Source: Azolla caroliniana (lineage: Eukaryota > Plantae > Polypodiophyta). Taken from it: a stretch of 64,000 nt of DNA. The translations under genes were made by a program, and so were the position numbers. The DNA is taken from assembly GCA_043228905.1 (NCBI GenBank), contig JBHGNT010000009.1, positions 8,742,001 to 8,806,000 of the forward strand, read 5' to 3'. Positions 37,701-51,700 of this stretch are shown here, piece after piece; position 1 is the stretch's first letter; every line of letters begins with the position of its first letter. The notes under the pieces are model-generated. The model saw only the letters and a program-made list of their open reading frames with translations. It was not told the origin of the DNA and ran no database searches.

Positions 37701-39200
37701 AACGCCGTAAATCGGGTTTTGGTATTCCGGAAGTTAGTGAGACTCTGGTACTAGGACGAATCCAACATGGCAGAGCACTTGAACACATTTCAGGGGCTCA
37801 TAAACCAAACAACTTAGCTCGAAGTACCTCTAGCCGACGAGGTACTTGCATTGCTCCTACTCGGTTCCATCCCGGGCAGTTGGGAGACGCTGGTTTTCAC
37901 TTTGGGCAACGCCGGGCCGGAAGGAAAGCAGTTGTCCCTAGCAAGGGTAAAATCAAGCTTGTTAGATGAAGAAGCTTGCCGAAAGGATCGGGAGTCCAGA
38001 ACTTATCCAAAGGGCTTGGTCACGGAAGATGACCATAACTGGGGAAGAGGTCGGTATATGAGTCCCCAAAACTGGGACAAATCAAAGTCAAGGGGAAGGC
38101 CCACTTGCTTTTATTGCAGAAAGTCGGGGCACTTCCAGAAATCCAAAGGGGGAACCGACGGTACGGAACTGAAGAAGATTTCGGAGAGAAAAGGAATGTC
38201 AGCGATTGCGACAAGTGAAGAGGAACTGATGCTCATCACTGAGGAGAGCGAGCTAAACCTTGTCAACGACGAGACAACGTGGGTTGTCGAATGCGGAACG
38301 TCGTTCCATTTGACACCGGACTAGAGATGCTTCTCATCCTACACAGCCGGTGATCACGGTTGTGTTTGGATGGGGAATGAAGGCACATGCCGAATTGTCA
38401 GCATAGGAGATGTGTGGTTGACTACATCAACAGTGTGCAAGTTCCTGCTAAAGGATGTCCGACACGTTCCGGAGGTTCGTTTGAACCTGATATCAGCCGG
38501 TCGGCTAGATGATGAAGGCTACATAGGTAGCATCCGGAACAGGGTCATGAAATTCAGAAGAGCCGAACCGACTGAAGAAGAAGAAGAAGAAGACACTAGA
38601 ACCGGACAAGATCCGGAATCAGAATCGGATGAGGATGAGGAACAAATGGAGGAACCGGAAGTCAGAAACCAAGGATGAAGATACCCTCTCAGAGAGAGAA
38701 GAGTCCCCCGGATATTTCTTGATGCAGAGCACATATTGTTGACCGACGAGGGGGAGCTAGAAAGCTTCGAAGAAGCAAAGAAAGACACCCACAGCTGCAA
38801 GTGGTTAAGTGCCATGCAGGATGAGATGGATTCCTTGCATGAGAACCACACATATGAATTGCTGGAGCTTCCGAAAGGAAAGAGAACACTCCGGAATAAG
38901 TGGGTGGACAAGTTGAAACTGGGAGACGCATGAAATCCACCGAGGTACAAGGCCTGGATCGTGGTGAAGGGTTTCCAGTAGAAGAAAGGTGTGGATTTCG
39001 ATGAGATCTTTGCCTCGGTAGTAAAGATAATATCCATCCAGACGGTATTGAGCATAGCGGCAAGCATGGACCTTGAGGTAGAGCAACTGGACGTCGATGC
39101 GGCATTCCTACATGGCGACCTTGAAGAAGAGATCTACATGCATCAACCAGAAGGATTTGAGAGGAAAGGGAAGGAGCACTTGGTATGCCGGCTAAAGAAG

Positions 39201-42200
39201 TGTTGAAAACTCGACGTTCCTTATGTCCGACCCTCGGCCACAACCGAGATTCTTTAACATACACAGAAAAAACAGGTAATGAAACGCGACACAAAAGAGG
39301 AGAAATGGTACACAGGAGGTATACGTGGAAAACCCCAAAATAGGGGAAAAACCACGGCAGCCCACAAGCTGCAAACTATCACTATGTAGAAATATACAAC
39401 AGTGAGATCACTGAGGCAACGACCTCGTGCTCTCAGATCTTCGCCACAGGCGGCGGTTACAACAGAGGCAACGACCTCGTCTCTCTCTCACTCTCTCTAT
39501 ACAGTTACGCGCTCTGATTTCTTCTTGCACCAACAAGAAAGAATAACCACTCTATCTAAAAGTTTGCCCTAAGTCATATTTATACTAATATGACTTTTCG
39601 GCTATTTACAAATGTAGCCTTGATGGGCTCCATCCGGCTCTCCGCAATCGGGTACTCCTCATCCGGTTCATATCGGGCCTACATAGTCCGACTCTCCGCA
39701 GTCGGGTACTCCTCATCTGGCTTTCCGCAGTCGGGCCTACACCATCTGACTCTCCGCAGTCGGGTTCTCCCCATCCGGTTCATACCGATTCGGCCTCGGC
39801 CTGTCGGCCTCGGCCGAGTTTGTTCGTCGGCACTGTTCTTCTCCCTTCCCATCCGGAGGGACCTATCTACCAACAAACTCCCCCTTCACTCCGGCATGGG
39901 GTGTCTTTCCAGCCCGATCCTCTTCCGGCATGCGTCCAGTTTGTCGGGTGTCAGCACTTTGGTCAGCATATCTGACCCGTTCTCGGCCGTGTGGATCTTC
40001 ATCAGTGCGAACTCCTGGTCATCTACCCTTTCCCGGATCCAGTGATACCTCCGCTGGATATGCTTCGTCCGGGAATGGTAGGCCGCATTCTTAGCAAGGT
40101 GGATGGCACTTTGACTGTCGCAGTAGAGTCGGTATTCCTCTTGCTGGATACCGAACTCCTCGATGAAGTCCTTCATCCATAATATTTCCTTGCCGGCTTC
40201 CACAGCCGCCATGTACTCCGCCTCTGTGGTTGACAATGCAACCGTCTTCTGCAGCCTCGACTGCCACGAGACAGCTCCCCCTGCATATGTCATCACATAC
40301 CCGAATGTAGACCGGCTGGTATCCACATCAGCCGACATGTCCGAATCGGTGAAACCGTCCAGTTGAGGTTTTCCGGTGCCGAATCGGAGACACATATTTG
40401 AAGTGCCCTTCAAATACCGGAGTATCCATTTGACCGCGTTCCAATGCTCCTTGCCGGGATTGCTCATAAACCGGCTCACCACTCCGACTGCGTATCCAAT
40501 GTCCGGTCGGGTACAAACCATTGCGTACATCAAGCTCCCGACGGCAGAGGCATATGGAATCTTCATCATATCTGCCTTCTCTCCTTTTGTCTTCGGGCTT
40601 TGCTTGCCGGACAACTTGCAGTTTACCGGAAGTGTCGATCCGACCGGTTTTGCATCTGACATGTTGAACCGGTGAAGCACCTTTGTCACATACTTCTCCT
40701 GTGACAGCCATAGTTGCTTCACTGACCGGTCCCGAATGATGTGCATCCCCAGCATCTGTCTTGCCGGACCCAGGTCTTTCATTGAGAAGGTCCGGTTGAG
40801 AGCCTTCTTCAGCATCCGTATTTTGCCTTGGTCTCGTCCGACGATCAACATGTCATCCACGTACAGGAGGAGTATCAGGAAGTCCCCTCCTTCGAACTTC
40901 TTCACAAACACGCAGTGATCGGCCTGCGTCTTGTGGTACCCTTGATCGGTCATGAAGGAGTCGAACTTCCGATACCATTGCCGGGGAGCCTGCTTCAGTC
41001 CGTACAGGCTCTTCTTCAACCGGCATACCAGGTGCTCCTTCCCTTTCTCCACAAATCCTTCCGGTTGCTGCATGTAGATTTCCTCTTCGAGGTCGCCGTG
41101 GAGGAATGCCGTCTTCACGTCCAGCTGCTCTACCTCGAGATCCATGCTTTCTGCTATACTCAGCACCGTCCGGATGGAGGTCATCTTTACTACCGGGGCG
41201 AATATTTCGTCGAAGTCCACGCCCTTCATCTGCTGGAACCCCTTCACAACGATCCTGGCTTTGTATCTCGGGGGGTTGCCGGCATCTCCCGGTTTCAACT
41301 TGAACACCCACTTGTTTCGGAGTGCCCGCTTTTCTTTCGGCAGCTCCACCAATTCGTACGTATGGTTCTCATGCAGGGAATCCATCTCATCCTGCATGGC
41401 ACTTAACCATTTTCGACTGTGGGCGTCAACCTTCGCTTCTTCGAAGCTTTCCGGCTCCCCCTCATCGGTTAGCAGGACATGCTCTGCATCCGGAAATCTC
41501 CGGGGCGCCCTTCTCTCTCTGAGGGGATATCTACGACTTCGGGCTTCGGTAATCGGTTCCTCCATTTGCTCTTCATCCGAATCCGATTCGGGATCTTGAC
41601 CGGTTCCGGTCTCAGCTTCCTCTACTTCTTCTTCTGCCGGTTCGGTATCCTCACCGTAACTGGCTGGTTCCTCGAGTGCTAACCGGTCTCTTGCCGGTTG
41701 GGTCTGCTCATTGTAGAGTCTATCCTTACCGGTCGACTCGGAGTTCACTATCTTCTTCTCCGACTCCCAGTCGGCGAGCGTCTTGTCCTCCATGAAGATA
41801 ATATCTCGACTCCGGAATACCTTCTTGTCGACCGGGTCCCACACTCGGTAGCCGAACTCATCGTCACTGTAACCGAGGAATATGCATGGCCGGGTCTTTG
41901 GATCTAGCTTTCCTCTCCGATCCTTTGCTACATGCACGTACGCGAGACACCCGAACACCCTTAGATGCCGGTAGGACACTTCCTTACCGGTCCATACTCT
42001 CTGTGGCGTGTCTCCGTCCAGGGGTACTGAGGGTGATCTGTTTATCACATATGTCACCGTCGACAGTGCCTCAACCCAAAACTTCTTGGGTAGTTTTGCA
42101 TGCGCTAGCATACTCCGGACCCTCTCCATTATGGTCCGGTTCATCCTCTCGGCCAGTCCGTTTAGCTCCGGCGTCTTCGGCACGGTAAATTCGAGCCGGA

Positions 42201-44655
42201 TTCCCTTCGAGCGGCAGTACTCCTCGAACTGCCCCCGGTACTCACCTCCGTTATCTGCTCGAACCGCCTTCAGCTTTCGGCCGGTTTCTCTTTCCACTCT
42301 CGCGTGGAGCTCTTTGAAGACGGATAACACCTGATCCTTCGTCTTCAGCGGTGTGGCCCACAGCTTCCGGCTGTGGTCATCTATGAACGTCACGAAGTAC
42401 TGCGCTCCGGCATGTGACTTCGTGTCTACTTGACAAACATCCGTATGCACCAACTCCAGTGGTGCATTACGTCTCATCGGTGGCCTTGGTCGGAAGGAGG
42501 TCCGGTTCTGCTTACCGGCCAGACAATCAGTGCACTTCTTTAAGTGCACGTTCTTCACTGGAATGAGGTTGTCATCTCCAAGCCTCTTCATCCCCTTCTC
42601 ACTCATGTGACATAGCCTCTTGTGCCACAGCTCACCGGTAGTGTCGGAAGCCACGTTCACTTCTTCCGGACATAACCGGGCATTCATCAGGTACAGAGTG
42701 TTTACTTTCCGGGCCCGAGCCACAACCAGGCTCCCTTTGCTGAACTTCATGACACCGTTCCGGATGCTACCTGTGTAGCCTTCATCATCTAGCCGACCGG
42801 CTGATATCAGGTTCAGACGAACTTCCGGAACGTGTCGGACATCTTTCAACAACAACTTGCATCCGGTTGGTGTTGTCAGCCACACGTCTCCTATGCCGAC
42901 AATTCGGCATGTTCCTTCATTCCCCATCCGGACACAGCCGTGATCACCTGCTGAGTAGGATGAGAAGCATTTCCGGTCCGGGGTAAGGTGGAACGACGCT
43001 CCGGAATCTACCACCCAGGTCATCTCATCGCCGGCATGGTTTATCTCACTCTCCTCGGTGATGAGCATCAACTCCTCTTCACTTGCCGCAATTGCCGTCG
43101 TTCCCTTCTGGTCCGGCCCCCTCCGGTCTTTACCGTTCCGGTCTGTACCGTTTCGGTTCGGGGTTTGCTTCGAATCGGTACCGTCGGTTTCCTTGTCTTT
43201 ACGGAAATGCCGACAGTTCTTTTGGAAGTGTCCCGGCTTGCCGCAATAGAAGCAAGTAGGCCTCCCCCTTGACTTTGATCGTGTCCCCGACTTCTCCCGG
43301 TTCTGGGGACTACGGTTTCTATGTCTTCCGCGTTCCGATTCGGTAAGGAGCGCTTTGGAGTCGGAGCTCGTATCTTTGTCTTTCCGACGAGCCTCCTCAT
43401 CTAGCAAGCTCGACTTTACTCTTGCTAGGGATAGCCGTTTTCCTTCCGGCCCGGCGTTGCCCAAAGTGACAACCAACGTCTCCCAGCTATCCGAGAGGGA
43501 ACCGAGCAGGAGTAGCGCTAGGACCTCATCGGCAAGAGGTACTTCCAATGATGTTGCATGGTGAATCAGCCCCTGGAAGGCATTCATATGCTCCGCCATG
43601 CTGGAGCCATCTTGGTACCGGAGTCTTACAAGCTTCCGGAATACCGACGCCTAATTGACAACATTTTTGTTCTGGAACATCATGCCGATCTTCTCCCAGA
43701 GCTCATGAGCCTTGCTCTCTTCATTGAAGTTGTTGTACAGGCTCATGTCGATGAAGCATCGTATGTACGCCGTTGACTTCATGTGCATCACCTCCCATAT
43801 CGCGACGTCGATTTTGTCCGGTCTCTTGTCCCCGAACTGAACCGGCAGCCAGAGGTCTTTAACCACGAGCATATCCCTCATCTTCGACTTCCACACTGAA
43901 TAGTTGGAGCCGGTGAGCTTGAACATGCCGCCAAACGATTCGTCCATTTTTCTGTGTCGTTTTTCGCTCTGATACCACTTGTTGAAAACTCGACGTTCCT
44001 TATGTCCGAACCCTCGGCCACAACCGAGATTCTTTAACATACACAGAAAAAACAGGTAATGAAACGCGACACAAAAGAGGAGAAATGGTACACAGGAGGT
44101 ATACGTGGAAAACCCCAAAATAGGGGAAAAACCACGGCAGCCCACAAGCTGCAAACTGTCACTATGTAGAAATATACAACAGTGAGATCACTGAGGCAAC
44201 GACCTCGTGCTCTCAGATCTTCGCCACAGGTGGCGGTTACAACAGAGGCGACAACCTCGTCTCTCTCTCACTCTCTCTATACAGTTACGCGCTCTGATTT
44301 CTTCTTGCACCAACAAGAAAGAATAACCACTCTATCTAAAAGTTTGCCCTAAGTCATATTTATACTAATATGACTTTTCGGCTATTTACAAATGTAGCCT
44401 TGATGGGCTCCATCCGGCTCTCCGCAATCGGGTACTCCTCATCCGGTTCATACCAGGCCTACACAGTCCGACTCTCCGCAGTCGGGTACTCCTCATCCGG
44501 CTTTCCGCAGTCGGGCCTACACCATCCGACTCTCCGCAGTCGGGTTCTCCCCATCCGGTTCATACCGATTCGGCCTCGGCCTGTCGGCCTCGGCCGAGTT
44601 TGTTCGTCGGCACTGTTCTTCTCCCTTCCCATCCGGAGGGACCTGTCTACCAACA
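39201..44655 (-). mobile_element. Near-intact Ty1/copia; LTRs 43980-44655 (5') and 39201-39875 (3')
   Basis: TSD AGAAG/AGAAG; PBS at 43966-43977; PPT at 39878-39889; ~10 substitutions and 1 indel between LTRs by eye. Confidence 0.97.
39886..43947 (-). pseudogene. gag-pol: Copia gag-pol with one in-frame TAG in gag (43651-43653), otherwise open
   Basis: ORFs 43651-44154 and 39886-43599 share a frame; motifs CFYCGKPGHFQKNC, DSGASFH, RADNGGEY, YVDDML, TEAEY. Confidence 0.92.
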
Positions 44656-46840
44656 AGAAGAGCTTATATGGATTGAAGCAAGCCCCCCGACAATGGTACC
44701 GAAAGTTCGACTCTTTCATGACCGACCAAGGGTACCACAAGACGCAAGCGAACCACTGCGTCTTTGTGAAGAAATTTGACAAAGCTGACTTCTTGATACT
44801 CTTGTTTTATGTGGACGACATGTTGATCGTCACACGAGACCAAATCAAGATCTGAATGATGAAGAAGGCCCTAAACCGGACCTTCTCAATGAAAGACTTG
44901 GGTCCGGCAAGACAGATTTTGGGGATGCACATCATTCGGGACCGGTCGAAGAAGTTGTTGTGGTTGTCACAGGAGAAGTACATGACAAAGGTGCTTCAAC
45001 GGTTCAACATGTCAGAGGCAAAACCGGTCGGATCGACACTCCCGGCAAACTGCAAGCTATCTAGAAACAAAGCCTGAAGACGAATGCAGAGAAGACGAAT
45101 ATGATGAAGGTACCATATGCTCTACTATCGGAAGTCCAATGTATGCAATGGTGTGCACTAGGCTGGATATCGGATATGCAGTCGGAGTGGTGAGTCGGTT
45201 CATGAACAATCCGGGAAAAGAGCACTGGAATGCGGTCAAGTGGATACTCCAGTATCTAAAAGACACCTCGAGTATATGCCTCTGGCAAACCCCAACTCGA
45301 TAGATTCACGGATTCAGATATGTCGGCTAATGCGGATACCAACCAGTCTACATCTGAATATGTCATGACTTATGTAGGGGAAGCCGTATCGTGGCAGTCA
45401 AGGCTGCAGAAGTCTGTGGCACTATCGACAACGGAAACAGAGTACATGGCAGTTGTGGAAGCCAGCAAGGAAGTAATCTAGATGAAGGACTTCATCGGAG
45501 AGTTAGGGATCCGACAGGAGGAATACCGGCTCTACTCCGACAGTCAAAGTGTCATCCACCTTGCGAAGAATGTGGTCAAAGTGCCATCCATCTAGAAGAT
45601 ATATCATTGGCTCCGAGAGAAGGTAGAAGATCAAGATTTTGTGCTGACGAAGATCCACACGAAGGAGAATGGATCGGATATACTAACCAAGGTGCTTTCA
45701 ACCGGCAAGCTGGACGCGTGCAGAAGACGGATCAGATTAACGAGAAATCCCATGCCGGAGTGAAGGGGGAGCTTGTTGGGAATTCGGTCCCTCCAGATGG
45801 GATCCAAATGAGAACCGGAGGAGTCAGATCGGACGAGCCGGATGAAGGAACTGGATCCAGAATGGTTCCGGATGAGACCCGGAAACCGGATCGAGTGAAT
45901 CCGGATGGATCCGGTGCAAACCGGATCCAAGGACATATGTGTAAATATGTTTCATGGTGAACCCATCGAGGCTTTATTTGTAAATAGCCCTAATGTCATA
46001 TAAGTATAAATATGACTTAGGGCAATCACTTTAAAGAGTGAGGTGGTTATTGTTAGATGTGGTATATTGTTGTATACAGAAAGTAAGTGAGAGAGAAAGA
46101 GAGATATACAAAACTAGTTTTCTGTTTGTAACCGGCCATTGGCGAAGACATAGAGCTCGAGGTCGTTGCCTCTGAGTCTCACTTTGTATTCCTCCTCTCA
46201 TAGTGATAGTTGGACTCCATGGGCTACCGTGGTTTTTCCAATTTAGGGTTTTCCACGTAAACATTCTGTGTCATCTCAATTTTAGTTTGTTCTCTTCTAT
46301 TCCTTGTTGAAGACTCAGTTGTGGCCGAGCGTTATTTCCGCACAAAGTCTGATCTCATTTTGGCTAAGTGGACCAAATGAGGAGCTAGGCCGAGATGGCC
46401 TACTGGCAAGCGACGAGGACTCGGTCGTGCAATCCCTACGGATGTAGTCGGATCGGAGTGAATCTGAAGGAGCCATGACCAGTGATGAAGGTACTCAGGA
46501 GTTGAGGATGGATTCAACTGGAAGGGCCTTGAATACGGCCAACGAGAAGTTGTGTTGATCAACTCGTCACAAGAACCCTGTTATTAGGTATGAATATAAT
46601 GAGTACATGGTGCATCACTATGCGTACATGACCATAGTGGCAGAGATACATGAGCCAAAGAACTACACGGAGGTGGAATAGGATGCCATTTGGAAAACGG
46701 CCATGGAGGAAGAAATGCGGACATTAACCGTCAACGACACATGGGACCTAGTGGATCGTCCTTGACAATGCAAGTCAATCGGATGTAAGTGGGTGTACAA
46801 GGTTGTTGAGAACCAAACTTAACTTCCCGTGTGTTGGAAC

Positions 46841-47097
46841 TATCACAGACATGACAACTGTCAAAGACATGACAACAATCATGTCATGACTCAAACTCTT
46901 GACCTGGTGAGGACCACATGGTCACTCACCCGTTGATGTTCTAGTCTTCAGTGAGGACCTCACATGGTCACTCACATTGGTTCATGTTACTATTTTTGGT
47001 GACGTCTCCCTCAGTGATCAATCCACATTGCTTCCGTACTTCAACTCACCCTTGCACCAGGAAGCTTTCGAAAAGGCGGCCATAAAGGGTAGGATAC
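46841..47097 (+). mobile_element. Deleted derivative of the 13670 non-autonomous family
   Basis: LTR start TATCACAGACATGACAAC; two GTGAGGACC..ACATGGTCACTCAC units; pre-PPT CGAAAAGGCGG..AAGGG as at 15487-15510. Confidence 0.75.
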
Positions 47098-47200
47098 TAT
47101 CATGGACGAGTAGACGAGATTAAATACTAAGAGAGAGCGAGAGTGTAAGAAAGAGGACAAGAAAGGGAAAGAGACTGTCACGGACGAGTAGACGAGGCTC

Positions 47201-47248
<48 letters not shown>

Positions 47249-47441
47249 ATAGACAAGAGAACAAGAACAATATTATGCTTCCGTAACTGGCGTTGTTCAC
47301 CTTGACTAGGGCCAAGGTGAACCCCTATATTTATACATGTTTGTGGGCTCTAAATGTAGTTCCATGTAGAGACTTCTTTTCATGCACAACCTTCTAGAAT
47401 GTTCCAAATCTAGAGCTTTCTAGAAGCTTCTGAGTGTGACG
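47098..47441 (-). mobile_element. LTR-like sequence with heat-shock-element-like motifs and (GA)n, duplicated terminus
   Basis: T(G/A)TCAYGGACGAGTAGACGAG at ~47098 and ~47175; TTCTAGAATGTTC and TTCTAGAAGCTTC at 47392-47430. Confidence 0.5.
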
Positions 47442-47473
47442 TGCAAAGGATACAATGAATGTATCTTCGGTCC

Positions 47474-48700
47474 TCAAGCAAGCAGGAGGTTCCCTCTGTG
47501 GAGCGTCCACCCTCCTAATGAGAAGCCAACACAGATGCCGTCTTCATCCAATTGTCCGACTGAGATCAGTGGTCGTGTGAGCTCAGGTACATGTCGGACA
47601 TTGCATAGTACTAATGTAGAGCCACCCGCAAGGTTGAGCTCTACCATGCTCATTCCAATTATGTCGCAATGTTGTGAATTTCCTACCCGAACTGAGTCGG
47701 AATGTCGGGCTGTGTATTGCCGAAATTGGGATTGATGAGGAGTCACATGAAAGGACGCACCCGAATCTAAGAGCCACGTCCTCGATTCTTCAGTCGTAAG
47801 AAAAACTTCTGATTCGACTGAGTTCTCAATTGATAGTATATTCAAGTCGTTTGTCAATACTTCGGCCGAAGAGCCGATGTAGTTGATCTCCTCGTGTCGG
47901 CCACTCTTCTGCTCAGCTCGTTGAGCCTTATCGTTTTTGGACTTGAGTGCACGGCAATCGGCTTTGATGTGTTCGGGTTTCTTGCAGTAGTTACAGACTC
48001 GATTATCCCGAGACTCGCTCTGACTTTGTTGATTATTTGACTATCGTGAAGAACTTCTTCCACGGCTATTCGATCAATCGGTCGAACCTTGTACTACGTA
48101 AGCGTTGTTGGCTGAATAGTTAGCAAACGATTTTCTCCGAGCTGCTTCAGTCAGAATTGCACTTGTGACTGAGGAGTACTTAACGGAAGTCGTCGATGCA
48201 TTGCACATGATTGTAACAAAAGTTTCCCATGAGGGAGGGAGACTACTCATGAGCAACATTGCTTTTAGTTCATCCTCGATAATTGTCCCCTGGGCCAAAA
48301 TTTGGGAGCTTAAGCTTTCGTACTCGTTTAGGTGTGCCTGGACCGAGTCAGACTCTTTCATTCGAAGGTTATAAAGGCGCCGAATCAAGTATATCTTGGT
48401 GGCGGCGATCTTCTTTTCGTAAGTGTCCAAAAGTGTCTTCCATAGTTGGAAGGCAGTCGAACACGATTGCACCATGAAGTACACAGTTTCCGATAGGTGC
48501 ATCCGAAAGATGGCTTGGATGATTTTGTCGAGCTTTTCCCATTCACGTGACTCGTATCCTTCTGGAGGGTCTTCATTCTCAATGGGGTCAATTTGCCCCT
48601 CGACTATTAAATAGTCCTGCATTTGCTCCTTCCAGAAGTTGAAGTTTGATCCGTTGAACTTCCTTAGACTCATTTATGACGTGCCGGATGTTGAAGCCAT
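47474..48700 (-). mobile_element. Copia gag-protease remnant
   Basis: KFNGSNFNFWKEQMQDYL...LLMSSLPPSWETF; TWLLDSGASFHVT. Confidence 0.88.
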
Positions 48701-51700
48701 CTGTGTTGGTATAATAGACTTTGTCCGGAGTTAGCTACGGACTATGATGGAGTGCAAAAGCTTGACTCACTCGATGTCATTTTAGCCGAAGTTGGACACA
48801 AGTCGTGTTGATTACGAATATCAATGAATCCTGTTCAGAGTGACTATTGTCAATTGACTTAGTCAAGTTGAACCCGGATTTGATGATTCGATTTTTCCGA
48901 AATTTCTCGACACGGATTATATGCAATACTCAAGGCCGATCCTGTTTCAGTTAATTGCAGCGATGAGAGGGACGGATCCGACGGGTCCTCCCGAATTTCG
49001 TTTAGTCGGTGTGGGCTTATCCGATCAAAACCAAAGATCGTGTTTTCTCGATCTTTTCCGATTGGCTCGCCATGGTTGAGAATCAGTCCGGCCGAAAACT
49101 GAAAAGCTTTCGGTCCGATAACAGGGGAGAGTTCAAATCAGAGGAATTCGTCAAATTTTGCCGACAACGTGGCATACAGCATGAATTTATGGCACCTCAT
49201 AGTCTGGAGCAGAATGGAATTGCCGAGCAAAATGAATCGGACAATTCAAGAATAGATAGTTTCCATGCTCCAACACTCCGGACTGTTGGATGGCTTCTAG
49301 GCAGAGGCCCTACTTATAGCAGTACACATAATAATCAATATGTCGCCGAGTACGCCTCTAGGATTCATTGATATTCGTAATCAATTCGGCAATTCGGCAA
49401 TTCGGCAAACAACACCGTCAACCGTTCCCAAAGGAGAGGAACGTAAGCAAAGGGATCCTGGATGTAGTACATTCAGATGTATGGGGACTAGCCCAGAAGG
49501 CAACATTCGGTGGTTGCTAATACTACGTAACGTTCATCGACGACTTCTCTAGACATACCTAGATCTACCCTATGCGGCAAAAGAGCGAAGTGTTCTGACA
49601 CTTCCAAAAGTTAAAAAACGAAGTCAAAAAGGCAATCGGTCGGCATGTCAGATGCCTTCGATCCGACAATGGCAAAAAGTACTTCTCTAACGCCTTTACA
49701 ACATACCTTCGACAAGACGGAATCCAACGGAAGTTTACCTGCCGACACACACCTCAGCAAAACGGAGTAGCCGAACTCAAGAATCGGCACATACTCGAGG
49801 TGACAAGGGCAATGATGAACGAGAAACATCTGCCAAAGTCATATTGGGCTGAAGCGGCGAATACGGTCGTCTATCTAATGAACCGTTGCACAACCTCAAG
49901 AGTGCATGATGTTACCCCCTACGAAAAGTTCTATGGGAAGAAACCGGATCTATCCCACCTCAGGATATTCGGTTCAATTTCATATGTACATATACCCGAT
50001 GAGAAGCGGCAAAAGCTTGATCCCAAGTCAGAGAAATGTATATTCGTAGGGTACTCACTCGAGCAAAAAGGGTATTAGTGCTTCAACCCAAAGGTATGAG
50101 TGAGTAGGGATGTCATCTTTGACGAGTCGGCATCCTGGTAACAGTTGAATCAATCCCATCCAACACAGATAAGAAGGAGGATGATCGATCGAGTCTCACA
50201 TCAGAGGAAAATCCAATCTCAACCAGGTTGAGTGGACTACAAGAGCCTCCAAATGACCAAAGCACATGGCAACCGAGTCTGAAACAAGACAAAGGAAAGG
50301 CCAAAATGCCTGAGTACAAAGTCTCGGATGGAAATGAATTGACTCACTTACCTGATAGTGATTTTGGTAGAATAGATGCGCCCACCATGAGGACACCAGG
50401 AGAACCATGTCGATCCACCTAAGAAAAGAACGTAATCAACTGATTCAGCTCCAACGACTACATGGCATATCATTGTGTGTTCACAATGAAGGTGGTGACA
50501 GTCCGAGAACTGAGAACCTTTTCTGAAGCCGCGAAGGACCCTAGATGGATGGATCAAAGCAATGAATGAGGAGATGCAAGCACTCTCCAAGAACGAGACA
50601 TGGGATTGTGTCCCTTCTTCACACCACCAAAAGGCAATTGGATGTCGATGGATCTTCAAAGTGAAGCACAACGCTGACGGCACTGTCAATCGGTACAAGA
50701 CCTGACTTGTGGCGAAAGGCTACGCATAGATGCACGGTGTCGACTACGAAAAGACCTTTGCCCCAGTGGCAAAGATGTCTACAATTCGAACTGTGATCGC
50801 GCTTGCAACAACAGAAGGGTGGCACTTCCATCAAAATGGACGTAAACAACGCCTTTCTCCAAGGCGAGTTAGAAGAAGAGGTGTACATGATACAACCACC
50901 TGGATTCGGGTCGACTATGCATACGATTGTTGTTTGTAGACTCAAAAAGTCTCTTTACGGTCTCAAGCAGGCACCGAGAGCATGACACTAAAAAATAACG
51001 CAATATCTTCATCAAATCGGCTTCACCATGTCCAAGTTCGACGACTCTCTGTTCATCCGGAACGATTCTAGCGGACAAGTATTTACCATCATTTATGTGG
51101 ATGACTTGGTCATAGGAGGAGAGCATCTAGTAGATATAGAGCACATCAAGAAGCTCCTCTCCAGCCGATTCGAAATGAAAGACATGAAGGAGCTTCATTA
51201 CTTTCTAGGAATAGAAGTAATTCGGACTCCTGACGACATCATGCTTTCTCAAAGGCATTATATCCTCAATCTTCTTTACAAGTTTGGGATGACACCGTAT
51301 AAGCCCGTCACTACACGATCAAAATCTAAAGCTAGATGCCAACTCAGGCAATAGAGAGTACAAGTTGATGCATTATCATCAACTAATCGGAAGCCTCATT
51401 TACCTCACAATTACCTGACCCGACCTGAGTTATACTAGGTCGGCCTCCTTACCCAGTTCATGCAAACTCCACGAGACATCAATCTCAACTGTGCTAAATG
51501 AGTGTTATGTTTTGTGAGTGGGACAATGGATTTTGGCATCCTCTACAGATCGGACACACTAATCCGTCTCAAAGGGTATACCAATGCCAATTGGGTCGGC
51601 TATAGAGCCGATCGACGATCGACGATCGACATCCGGATTTGTCTTCTCCCTCAGCAGCAGAGCCATCTCTTGGAGTAGCAAAAAACAACCCGACGATCAC

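Larger units (their letters stand above)
36838..46344 (+). mobile_element. Decayed Ty1/copia with both LTRs (36838-37393, 45774-46344); integrase deleted; interrupted in RT
   Basis: TSD GAGTC/AAGTC; PBS TGGTATCAGA 37397; PPT GAAGGGGGAG ~45762; jump from RNRVMKF to RRAEPTEEEE at ~38557. Confidence 0.93.
33960..46803 (+). mobile_element. Old degenerate Ty1/copia, outermost layer of a nest (own sequence ~33960-34187, 34741-36837, 46350-46803)
   Basis: PBS TGGTATCAGAGC at 34047; gag ILYCLASYVHDQMLGYI; INT LDLIHSNVWGP and PEQNGVVERKN; RT start GCKWVYK at ~46781. Confidence 0.85.
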
